64,000 nt of DNA, taken from contig NC_087437.1 in NCBI RefSeq assembly GCF_036321535.1, positions 89,778,001 to 89,842,000 of the forward strand. Reading direction: 5' to 3'. Below, one piece after another: positions 13,532-25,468 of this stretch. Position numbers and translations under genes: made by a program. Position 1 is the first letter of the stretch. Each line of letters begins with the position of its first letter. Source of the stretch: Camelus dromedarius. Lineage: Eukaryota. The notes beneath the pieces are model-generated. The model ran no database searches. It was not told the DNA's origin and saw nothing but the letters and a program-made list of their open reading frames with translations.

Positions 13532-14731
13532 TCTCATTATGTTTTTATATTAGTTTAAATAGGTACATATAATCAAATTGACAAATTAGTCCAATTATAT
13601 ATTTAACTATTCATGAACATCCTTAAAAGTCTGCTATCTCCCAAAACATTTTCTTCTGAAATATATCATTGGGCAAATGAGAGGTTTCCTTAAAATTGGA
13701 GTCACCTTATGTTTGGGCACATATGTTTGAAATATTTACTTACAAAAACTTGTAATCAATTATTATCATAAGCAAAAAGAGGTTATTAAATCCCTGTATG
13801 TGACTGTTTGCTTATGTATTTAAATTTGTAACTAACAGAACTTCATTCTTTGGAAAGTAACATAAATCACTTGATTTAAAACAACAAACTCCTACAAACA
13901 CCATGAAGAAGCTAAGAGAAGTAAACACTGAATTTTTTTTTTTTTAGTCAATGTGACTTCTCTACCCTAAAACCACTAGTAAATTTAAGATCAAAACACA
14001 AAGCTTACGTAAAGCTAGCATGATAAAACCTAGATATATTTTTGCTAGAAACCAATGAAATAAAAAAAAAATTATACTTTATTTTCTACTTATACAAATT
14101 TCATTCTCATTGAATATATCTGAAGTCTAAACTAGTTTATGTGGGTTATATTTGTGGAACTTTAAAGCAATTAATTAATTCATAAAATCAATTTTTAGCT
14201 TTTGATTAAAATCCTTATTTAAAAGCTTAAAAATATCACATTAGATATTCCTTAGTTACTTCTCAACGTTATTACAGGAATCATTTCTCGAAATTCTTTC
14301 AAACTCAATTCATGAAAATAAAATCACAAAACTTTTCAAAATCATGTAGTATCTTCTAAATATTTTAACTAAGGTTAATAAAAATGACATATCCTATTGC
14401 CAAGAGTGAGGACAAAATATTCAATCTATGTACAAGTTATCTATAAAAACAAAAGCATATGGTACAAGGAGCAAAGATAATTGTTAAGAGAAGGCATAAA
14501 ACTATTTTTGAAACAGAATTAGAACTGTTTATTTTATTAAAAAGTTGACATAGGTTATCTTTAGTGTTTATGACTTGCAAACTAAAGTATTTAATATTTA
14601 ACATGTTTAAATACAAGCAGTAGCAGTTTGGTAATCAAAAGGAATCATTTGAATCATCTCAGAAAAATAAATTCATTATAATTAGGATATTTTAGAATAT
14701 GATTAAAACATTTAAAAGAAAATGTATTCAC

Positions 14732-14881
14732 CTTTCTTGTCATCAAAGTACAGAGTCTGTTGAGCTGGATTTGACCACTGGAGGGAGGTGTTATCATTTT
14801 GATCAACCCTGCAGGTCAAAATTGCAGTTCCTCCTTCAACAACCGTTACATTCTGTGTTAGTGGAAACTGCCCTTGGCTGC
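14732..14881 (-). CDS. CADM2: Internal coding exon of cell adhesion molecule 2 (SynCAM2/Necl-3), N-terminal half of the Ig-V domain
   Basis: Minus strand reads ...ttctttaatccccttttag|GCAGCCAAGGG...GACAAGAAAG|gtgaat. It is 150 nt, phase 1-1, and translates without stops as (G)SQGQFPLTQNVTVVEGGTAILTCRVDQNDNTSLQWSNPAQQTLYFDDKK(A), which I recognise as CADM2. It has the Ig B-strand Cys, the C-strand Trp, and NVT/NTS sequons. Confidence 0.97.
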
Positions 14882-15026
14882 CTAAAAGGGGATTAAAGAA
14901 AATGTTGATTAAATGAAAGTTATAAAATGATTAACTTCCCAAAAACTACATGGACTTAACTCCTCACTCCAAGTAAAATTCAAACCAACCAAACAACAAC
15001 AGCAAAACTATATATTACAAAATGGT

Positions 15027-15051
15027 AAAAAAAAAAAAAAAAAAAAAAAAA
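15027..15051. repeat. (A)25 homopolymer
   Basis: Direct reading. It is a U25 tract in the CADM2 pre-mRNA, about 150 nt upstream of the 3' splice site. Confidence 0.95.
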
Positions 15052-16809
15052 TTGAAAACTCTTAATCAAGGACAACAGTTTTGACAGATCATTAGGACTC
15101 CTTTATACTTCTTTGCATGCTCCAGAAAACCTTCTTTTCCTCCTAGCCACACATAAAGATGTATATTTAAATAATAACATGATTATCATTAATTTTCCTT
15201 AGCCTGGCATTAGTTATAGGGTGCTAGACCTGGTCATCTTTGAAGATAATAATTTTAGATGAACTGAACTCTATAAAGCAGCAGAGGAAACAAGCAAAAT
15301 ACTTGCCAGTAGCTTTTATAATTGCTGAAAATCTATAAAAAATGGATACTAGAAATTTAGATTTAATTTCTGATAAAATAGACTAAAAAAGGATCCTACT
15401 TCACCAGGGTTTCTTGTAGACGTAGCTGTTTTTAGAAATACAGAATGTGTTGGAGAAAACAAGGTAAGTATTCTTCAAAAAGTGTTCATCTTACAGAATA
15501 TTCATCAAAATCTTAAAGTAATTATTCTAAACCAAGAAATAGAGATAATACTTTTCTTTGTTTCATCTCTGTAGTTTCCTGATTTTTTCCAATGAATATA
15601 CATTTCTTTTATAATCAAGAAAAAATATATTTATAAATGACCCTTGTCACTTTGGATATCATTAGAATGTAATCAAATTTCTAGCTTCCTATGTGTCCCA
15701 CTAATTCATGAAAGTAATTCATGGAATAACTTGGCTTAGTAAAAGCATTTCTAATAGTTAAAACAAAATTCATGCACACGGAACATAATACATAAATTTC
15801 ACTACAGCAAGATGATCTGGAGATGAGCTCTGCCAAGTCTGGTAACAATTATCAACATGGAGAAAAAATGACTTTCCAGAGCCAGGTTAAAACACTATTA
15901 TGTGAGCAAGGTGGTTCATTAAGTCAAGGATAATTTACATGTGCAAGAACATTATGATGACTTAATCACACCCATGAAATATATTTTCCTTTTCTTCTTT
16001 AGTTTTGTAATGATTCTATCATTACTACAAGCACCACTTGAGGTTATACTGGAGCTACTGGCATAAAGAATCTTACTACCAGGAAGCCTTACTACCAAGA
16101 AGGCACCATAAGAGAGAGAAGAGCCTGAAGGGGAAAATTTCTTTCCAGCCCTAAATGACACAAGGTTCATGACCACCTTATATAATTAAGCCTATCAAGT
16201 AGAAAAATCTGATATCAGTAGTTTTGCCTCCTCAATGCCAACCTCTTAAGAGTCACTATGGCAACTCCCAGGATAGCTTCCTGTAAACTTAAGGGTGGAG
16301 TTTTTAAATTGAGGTTAGGCAATGTCTGGAATAAATTCTTTGATAGTTGACTTGAAAGTCAACAGATGCCAGAGCGAGATATTTTTTGCCTTCAGCTCAG
16401 AGGTGACCTCTAGCAGGGAAACATGGAGAACTATCAATCTTGTGAAGTGAGGTGAGGCAAAAAACAATAGCAGAGAAAAGGTGTGCTAAAACAGAAAGAA
16501 GGAATAATTACCAGCGATACCAGATTAGCAGCTCATAAATATGGAGCTCAGAATGTTTTTAAGATAACTTTGCTCAGGTCCCCAGTTATTGACGTCATGC
16601 ATAAACTGAGCAATCTAGGGGAAGAGGGGATTCTTTAGGTAATGAAAAGCACACAACTACTAATAAATATACATGATTCATCCCAGATGACAATTTGACT
16701 ATCAATGGGTACATAAATAATAGTGTCTTCTTCTTTAAAGAAGTGGAAAAAGCGCAGTGATGCTTGCAACAATTTCATCCACTACATTTGCAAAATAATT
16801 TTCAAAACA

Positions 16810-16900
16810 TCCCCGTAAGAAAATATTATCCTTCTCATTTCACAGATGGGTAAACTGACACTGGGAGGTTAAGTGATTTCTCCATGGTGAAACAGTCAAC
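16810..16900 (-). mobile_element. MIR fragment
   Basis: cattttcacagatgggtaaactgacactgggaggttaagtgatttctccatggt-type MIR core, reverse strand. Confidence 0.7.
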
Positions 16901-18809
16901 GAACCATCTGAAGTTTGTTCAGAAAGTTTAACATTTTATTCTTATTTTCCCACAAAGGCTGCTGGGTCATCTCATATTTGTTTAAATGTGAATAATACAA
17001 CAATGAAAAAAAAAAAGAATACTCTTTTAACAATGAAACTTTAAATTGCATACCTAGCTGAACTATGTCCTCATAAATTTCAGTTTTAATATTAAAATCC
17101 GAGAGGATGTCAATGTGAACCGCCCTTAAACGTCCTATCCTATTTAGAATTTACTTTTAATAATTATTTCAGTCTTTCTTTAACAATCTATAGAAGAAAA
17201 AACTAACATTTGTTAGGGGCTCCACAGACACTAGCACACCTACGCTTGTCCTTCCAGTAGGTGATGAGGACAGCTTCCCTCCATCTTCTCCCCACATGGA
17301 TTCTGACTTTAAAGTATTATGATTTCAGTTCTCTGGGACCTGCAGCCTAAAATCCCTGCAGTCAAATAATTTAGCTTTTCCCAATAGAGAGCAAACTCAT
17401 GTGGAGAATTTACTAATCCTAAATACCCTTAGGGTATGTAGTCTACAAAATCAACTCAAAAGCCAGTGTTGTAGGCAGTCAAACTACTTCTCAAAGCTTT
17501 GAATTGCTTCTTACTTCTGCTTATAACTTGGAGACAGCATCAAGTCAGCTGCTGCTTTTTTCTTTTAATTCCTCCTGGCCCAAGGTCAGTAGGTTGTCAT
17601 TTAATTAGATCTCAGAGAGACTTTCTAAAGACATCACTAAATTTTCCAATTAGAAATATCAGTATGTTACGAAGTTAAGGATTTATCCTCAATGTATTCA
17701 TCAGAAAAATATTTGGGGGAGGTTACATCATGTCTTGCCTTGTATGAATCAACAGCCAAAAGATGCATAGAGAAAGAGAAACTTGCTAAGGAGTCTGCAA
17801 AGTAATCAGAAACTAGGAGAGAGTGTGAAGACCACAGAGAAGGCAGTCTAGGTGTGGTGCAGGATTCATCTTGTTTACCAAGCATTGCATTGGTCATATC
17901 TTTGAGGCCTTATTTTAGAAAGATCCTTCTTCTGGCTAAGCTCATCACCATCCTAGATTTCAAAGGAGACATTTTTTTCAAACAAGTTTGTGATGAGACT
18001 TAAAGGAAACACAATTTCAAATTTGGAATTGTGGAAGCTGGTTATTTTTCCAGGCAACCTATGCCCCCAACTTTTTTCCTCCTTTCCTTGAATTTATGTC
18101 CTTTCATTGTTTTCATAAATAGGGATCTCCCTTACTTGTTTCTAAGCTAATTAATAAGAGTCAGGTGACCTAGGGCATTTTACTTCTCTAGGAATTGGCT
18201 ACAGGGCTTAACTGTATATGTTAATCTGTATCTGTGTAGGTGCCCACCATACAAAATGAAAGCATCTTCTTAGAGCAGTCACTGCACTTGTACGGGAATT
18301 GTGACAGTAGAATGACTGAAGTAACTCAAGTCTGCTGCATTTGTTCATGGTCAAAAATGGAGAGACAGGAGAGAATGATTCTTCACTGAAAAAATATGGG
18401 AAAACTAAATCAGAAAAGCCTTGTAAGTATAAAGTCTTAAAACATTTTGTTTTTAAGTTCTACTTGAAAATCTTGAGAGGTGTATGTGAGAAGATAAAAC
18501 AGATGGTGATCTAGAACAGACATATCTAATACCATTTTCAGCTCCCAAAACAGACATGAAAAGACAGATTGTGACAAATGTATGCTCTGAAGGGGGAAAA
18601 AAACATAGAAAACAAAAACTTCTTTTATTAAGCATAATGAACCCTACCTAAGCCCTCTTAGGTAGACAGACCTCTGAAATGGAAAATATTTTATCTTCCT
18701 TTCCTGGTCCAATTTCCCTTGCATTAGCATCCATTTTAATAATACCCTTCCTGTGTTATCTCATCCCTCATCCATCACTAAGTCAGCAGTAAATAAATGA
18801 AAAATGCAA

Positions 18810-19046
18810 TTAACCTTAACTGAACATTCACATATACTAGGCAGTATTCTAAGTACATTTTCTTTATCAATGATTGATTTAATCTTCATGCCAATCCAGC
18901 CATCATCTCTATCTCGAAGATGAGAAAACTGATGCACAGAGACCTTAAACAATGTGCCCACAGTCACACAGCTAGACAGTGCAGCAGGCAGGATTTGAAC
19001 TTTTGCCTTCGGTCTTGAGACCTCAAGTGCTTAACCAGAGAACTGC
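18810..19046 (-). mobile_element. Near full-length MIR
   Basis: gatgagaaaactgatgcacagaga...gtcacacagctag...ggatttgaac...gtgcttaacc. Confidence 0.85.
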
Positions 19047-19191
19047 TTTGAAAATAAAATGACCTTAATTCTGATTCAATGGCTGTTCTAAAAGAAACAT
19101 ATAGCTTGCAGTCAAAAATGTCTAAGATGCAGTTAGACCTTTTACATCTATTTTTAATAAAGTGAAGGAACATCTGAGATTAAAGGAAAAG

Positions 19192-19395
19192 CAGTGATGT
19201 GCTCAAGCTAGCTGGCTGACTCCAGCTCGTGAGGTTCAGCCGACTGCAGGGCCTCTCCCTTCACACTCAGTGACAGAAGTCAGGAGCGTGAAACTGACCA
19301 CAGTGGGAGTATTCTCACGGTGGTAATTGGCTTACAACTCAAGTCAGTGTTTTCTCCCATGGAGCCAGTGGTTAAACATTTACAGCACAGCACTG
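19192..19395. mobile_element. MER63-like non-autonomous hAT element
   Basis: Imperfect terminal inverted repeats cagtgatgtgct / agcacagcactg, with internal gtgggagtatt and ggttaaacattta motifs. Confidence 0.75.
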
Positions 19396-22300
19396 AAAAA
19401 GCCATCCTTAATGCTTTTTCTGAGGGCTGTTACATACATTTTCAGCATAAATAAGGTTTTGCTGTTGTTGTGTCTGAAAGCCAACAAGCTCTCTCCACTG
19501 CAGTTTAGTTCTGTTTTTGAAGTTCTTTTTCATCATATTTTGAGTCTCTTCTTTAATCATTTTTTTCCTTTTTTCCTCCAATCACTTTCCAAACAGCCAT
19601 TTTCCCCTCCCACATAACGTTTTTCCAATAAAAACCTTTCAAATAAGCTCCTCTTTTCTCTACTCTGTGGACCGTGATCTTGAACTTCAAGTCTTTCTTA
19701 GGCTGCTGAGTTTCTCTCTAACTAGCATCAGTGGCTGAAAAACATTTAAGTCACTGTTAGTAATTACATGTAAATAAGTTGCTAATTTACTGCTGTGAAA
19801 GACAGGTTAATTAATGAAGAATGATTTGTCAATATTTTGAAAAAAAATAGCTCTCCTGACCCTGTTTTTAAATAGCTGTCATTATTCCTTCAATGTTTTC
19901 CATCTGTTGTACACTTAGGGAAAGATTGGTTCAAACCTTTCCTTGTCTAGATTAGCAATTACCAAGTTCAAAATCAAATGAACTGAATCTTGGCTTCTGT
20001 TCACCTCAGTTAGTTAAGAGTTGTCTTCCCCTCACACGTTTCATGCACACCCTCCTGTCTGACCACCAAGAGCCTAGCACATGTCATGCAAAGAAACAAA
20101 TTTTAAGATTATGGCCACCTCAACCTTGGTGACAGGCTGTGATGTGCCCGTTGTCACAGAGAAGCAATAGGCCAAACAGTGAAGAGAGGTCTCTGAAGCC
20201 AGCAGTATTGTTGAAAGAGAGCATACAGGTGAAGATCATGCTTGAACACCAATCCCAAAGCAAGGCTGTTTTCATAAATGGCGTTATTCAAGCCTTGCTA
20301 TCTCCTGAAAGGATGATAAGTGGAAGCAATGGTTTTCTCCATCTCTTTTCCTGTGCTAAAGATTAAGTGTGGGCCACAACAGTGGCATGAGTGCATGAGT
20401 GCTTACTTAGTAAAAGCAATAATCACCTGAGATATATCTAGACAGACAGGCAGAGGTTGAGGCACTGAACATCTGAGAGGGAGTGACAGTCAGCGACTTT
20501 CCAGGGTTAATGATCAAATTTTGTGGGTTATTCAACAGGAACTGAGGACCTCATTATTTTTTTTCTTCCTGAAAATGAGCAAAATTTTCTCAAAGGAAGA
20601 ACCAGATTTAAAAACAGTGAATGGGAACAAATTAAAGACAAGATTTGCAGAGAATTTAAGATACAGTAAAAAAGTGTAAACCTTTCATGAGTTAGAAAAT
20701 GCTGCGGATTTTAACCCTTCCTGTTGAAATATATTTATGAGAAGTAAAAACTGTCAACTCAACCTACAAAATTAATTCAGCAGAGGTGTTGGCACCCGAA
20801 TCAAATGGCATACATAATGTTTTGCTTTGTTTTAAAATAATTTTGTGTCCTCGCAAGGCTGTTTTACATGTAAAATAGTGACCTCATGTTAAGGTTCTCC
20901 TGTTTTGGGTATGAAGAGCCCAAAAGCCAAATAGATCAGTAGATGCAGAATAGGTTGAAGGTTCTTAAATACAAACCTCAACAAGAAAGGACAGAAACAG
21001 GTAATTCATTTTTGAAGGAAATACAAAGATAGCCTATTATTATTTATGGTCTTCCCTTTAACTCTTCTCCGCTTTGTGTTTCTCTCTCTCATCTCTTCTC
21101 TCAACTGGTCTGGGGTATTTACACAAAAAACCCCTGCATTTTAGAAAGTTCAAGATCATTCTTGTTGCTTAGAGTCTAAAAATATATCTAAATGCACACA
21201 CAGCATGCTATTACTTCCACTAAATTACTGAAGGCATTCTAAACAAATAACCTTCTAATGTGAAAGTTGTGGCTCAGTAGTTGTGTGGACTGAAACACAT
21301 ATTGCATACTAAAGCCTACTGGTTTGAAAAGCACCAATGTCATTAATGCAGGCTGATAATTCTCAAGAGAAGTCCGATGAATGTTCCGTCATGTGAGAAG
21401 GGAAATTAGAGGGAAAATTAAGGCTGATAACCAAGTGTAGAAGGTTTCCACTTTTGGAATGCCCCTTTGTTCTTTCAAATACTTAAGTCTCCTACTCATT
21501 TATTTATTTATTTATTTTTTTGCCCATTTCACTCTAGCTTTTAGGCTTGTCTGAAAAACGAAGTATTCTGTTTTCACAGTCACTGTGTAGTTCACTTGCA
21601 AACAATCTAGTAGTTTTCCCAGAGGTCCCTGGGTCTGCTATGAGTTTCCAGGAAAACTTATTTTTTCCACATTAATTTATTTTTCTTTGATTCTACTTCA
21701 TCCTTTCAGATTCAGCGTGGCTTTTAGAGTGTAACACCTAGTACCCACCTCCCGTGCCCTCCCCTGCCCAGCCACTGTGGAGCACGGCCATCCATCTGGT
21801 GCTGCCTGCCAGTTTCCATAGAGACAGGAAGTACTGTGGAGACCTGTGTTCCATTGCAACTGCCAGACCAAGGCAGGGAAGAAATAAAGCTGGCAGGCAG
21901 TGGGTCTTACAAGGCCAGGAAAGGTTGGAAGGGCTCTCTTATCCTGATATCAGTGTAACAATGCCAAACTGGCAGCTTCAGCAGTTACAATCCTGTAGAC
22001 TAGATCCTGGTGTTCACTAAGGCCATTGTGGGTGACCCATTCTGCTCCCAACTCCTGGAGCAGAAACTCTTCTGTACCCAAAGGTTGGCCCTAGTCTTTT
22101 GCTGGCTTCTGATCCATGACAAAAGGCTCTTTCAGATTTACAGTGGCTCCCACAGCTTCTGACCCAGAGAATCAGAACTCTCCTATAGAAATTTCACTTT
22201 TTTCTCTTTTCCAGAACGTGGTAATAGGTTTTCCTGTATACTCACAGTAGACCAGGGGACCTATGGGATAACTGTTGGGTTGTTTCCAATTGACCTACAC

Positions 22301-24421
22301 TGTGACTGTTGAGTAGGTAGGTGACCCATTTAACTCCAAAACATTCCATCAAGACTAGTTGCCAATTGCTGTGTCTCTGATAGGATTTATAGTTAGAGCT
22401 GATTTTTGATTATCAGGATCAGGGCTAGCCCTGGAGAAATTTGCAATATGGGTGAAATATAACATTAATGACTTCTTTTGCATTTCAAAAGCGTTTTTGT
22501 GGGACTGTATACCTCAGCCTTTTGTATTATAAATATTCCCACCACAGATATTCTTTCTACATAAAGTAGATTTCTCCAGTTTCTTCCGTTGATTTTATAT
22601 TGCTAAGCTACATCACAAAATGTATGTTCTCCCTAAATTACAAAATTCTAAGCTTCAGATAATACCTATAAAATCCTAGGAAACACTGTTTTATGGCTGC
22701 TTTATGTTCTTGCTTAGTGGTTGTATTGCTTTAGCATGTTTTAAAACATCTGATTTTTAAAATTCCAATTGTTTTTTAACTGTATCTGCACAAAATCAGT
22801 TCTTTATATTCTTAGCTTTTTCTTTTCTGCTTATTACCCTGCCAAGATGCATAATAAACAGAACTGTTTACATACCACAGACTTGGTGGACTAGATTAAA
22901 TATACCTAGCTTTACTACCAAAATAGAATTTTATTTTAAAAAATAAACCATTTTTTTTGGTTTTCATTAATTTATCTATATTTAATTCATTCCCTAACAT
23001 GGCTTTCTCTCAAAAAATTCAAACAAGAGTTTCTTGAATGAAGCCATATAAATGTTTAAGGAAAAAGTGAACTTGATGAATTGTTCACATTTATATTCAC
23101 AACGATTCTTTTCTTCCTATACAAATAAATCTTCCAAGTTTATGAGGTAGAAGAACAAAAAGCAAAGGAAATAATTTTTAAATGAAAAGGAAACTATATG
23201 TCTTGTAAGGCAAAATGAAAGAATAAGAGAATTTTCAAATTATTTCTGTAACGTCAAAACACACTTATGTTGTAACTAACATGTTTGCATAAAGTCATTT
23301 TATCTTTCTAGAATACTGTTTTCAGGGTGAATGAGCAAGACCTAGAACTGACTAGCTTTACTTGCTAACTGATGAACAGTTGAGAGGCAGCCTTCCATAG
23401 AAAAAAAATTTATGACCACAATCACAGTCTGGTTCACAGTGAAGCTCAATCACGTAACTAAATTCTAAATTGAGATGTCAACCTGGAGGAAATACTCCGG
23501 AAAGAAACACACAGATGGTAAGACTCTCCTGAAGACAGGGTGAGTCATACAGAGCTGAGTGTACAATCATCAATCTTCTGGAGGCAAAAAAAAGTGGACT
23601 AGGTGGGACATAACTATTTAAAATTGAAGTCCCTGGGAAAAACTTCAACCTGATACTACTGAAAAGGGAAAAAAAAATACAAATAGTTTTGTTTCAGTTG
23701 GTAGGACTCATAAGAATGATATATTTTAAAAAAGCAAAAATATTGAATTACAGTACACTTTAAAGTATTTAATAACCTCAAGGAAAATTAAAATTTCTAG
23801 TAACATTTCTAGGAGTAAGTTAAATGAAAAGAAAAAAAAAGAAAAGAAAGCAAGTATCATTAAATCCTAATTTCAACTGCATAATTGTTTCAAATATATA
23901 AAATACAACTAACAAAATAAGGTAAAGACAGGGAGAAAAATTATAAATTCAGAAAATGTTAGGACTTCAATCTAGTTTTCACACAAATTCTTCCTAATCC
24001 TAAATGAAAAAAAAATTATACCAATTCTAATTGTTGCTTAATATATTGTTGCTAGTTAATGATTTAACTTAGATGTAGTAAATATACCTTGGTAACATCT
24101 TTCTTTTGGATTGTACCACATCTATGCATGCTCTGCAAGCATAAAATGATATTGACCATCTGTAGTTGCCTATACATTAATATTCTTTTCATCTATTATT
24201 CTCTGTAGAAAATTTAAATAATTGCAATGGTGTACTGAATAGAAATACACATACAAAAGAGTGACATAGATGCCTGGATTATAACTCGTTGGATTCTGTG
24301 ATGCGATAAAGAATTTTGAGGTGAATTTCACACAAGATACACGTAAGAAAAAATGTGACTGATGTCAAACTTCTGTCATTTAATCATGTATAATCAGTTC
24401 ACATTAGGCATATGAACTATA

Positions 24422-24882
24422 TATAACAGAAAAAACACAGGCCCAAAATGTCATCATTTGGGCTAAAGCCCAGGATACCAAACCTAGATTTAATACCCAA
24501 ACTAACTGTAGTTTCGACCTTCCCCAGAAACATAATCTTAATCAACCAGTTTGAAATTTTCTGGTCAACACCAATGAGGTCTTCTGTCACGTGGGCCCTC
24601 CACATCCCAACACCCCCTAGAGGAAGAAGAGGTGACTTGCATGATGAAACTGGTGAAGTTCCCCTTGCCCCCAAAGATAGCCTAGCCTAGAAATAATCCT
24701 TCCTATAATTTTACTAACAGTCTTCCTTGCTCCACCCTTCTTCCTATAAAAACTTTCCATTTTGTACCACCCCTCAGAGCACCCTCCTTGTTGCTAGATG
24801 TGATGCTGCCCAATTCATGAACTGCCTACTAAAGCCAATTAGATCGTTAAATTTACTTGGTTAAACATTGTTTTTTTTAACA
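24422..24882 (+). mobile_element. ERV1-class solo LTR (MER34-like)
   Basis: About 460 bp ending in ...tttaaca, with TATA-like cctataaaa, cccaattcatgaa and a decayed polyA signal before gccaattagatc. Flanks are tata/tatg (3/4 match). Confidence 0.75.
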
Positions 24883-25326
24883 TATGTTAAACATATATTT
24901 TTAACAATACACATATATAATGTTAATGCTTTCTGAAACTTCTCTTTCCATTTGGAATGGCTTTTGCCTGTGAAATATACTTCCAAGACATTAATTAATT
25001 CCACAAATACTGCCTAGAATATGCTTCACATGGTAGGTGCTGGGGCTACAACTGGGAGCAAGGTAGAAATGACAGAAAGTTCTATCTTTAGAATTACTGC
25101 CTAAAGATAGACTGTAAAACAAGAAAACACAGAGACCCAATGGGAAGGTCTGGCTAAAAAGGTGTTGCTATTTCTGCTGAAACCCAAATGAGGAGAAAGA
25201 ATTACCCATTTAAAAATTGCCAGAGGACAAGAACGTTTGAGAGGGAGCCAGTAAGTCAAAAAGTAATTAACTGTTGTTAAAGGTCCTGAGCCAGAGGCAG
25301 CAAAGAGGCTGGCTATTGAAAAAACT

Positions 25327-25468
25327 GGAAAAGAAAGAAAGAAAAGAAGAAAAGAAAAGAGAAAAGAGAAAAGAAAAGAAAAGAAAGGAAAAGAAAAAAG
25401 AAAGGAAAAGAAAAGAAAGGAAGGAAGGATGAGAGAAAGAAAGGAAGGAAGGAAGAAAAAGAAAAAAA
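25327..25468. repeat. Polypurine (AAAAG)n/(AAGG)n tract
   Basis: About 142 nt of purines with a single T at 25430. Confidence 0.95.

Larger units (their letters stand above)
1..14731 (-). other. CADM2: CADM2 intron downstream of the exon (runs off the window)
   Basis: Begins with GT donor (gtgaat) at 14731. The next exon (ALRDNRIELV...) was not found in the window. Confidence 0.85.

Noticed and set aside
14699..14896. 65-aa plus-strand ORF
   Set aside because: Antisense shadow of the CADM2 exon.
21720..22530. Possible ancient Gypsy/ERV remnant (minus-strand HKNAFEMQKKSLM near 22470-22505) and an X-box-like/ETS motif pair at 21812-21832
   Set aside because: The peptide similarity is too short and does not extend, and the X-box has mismatches. 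It needs a Dfam search before any call.
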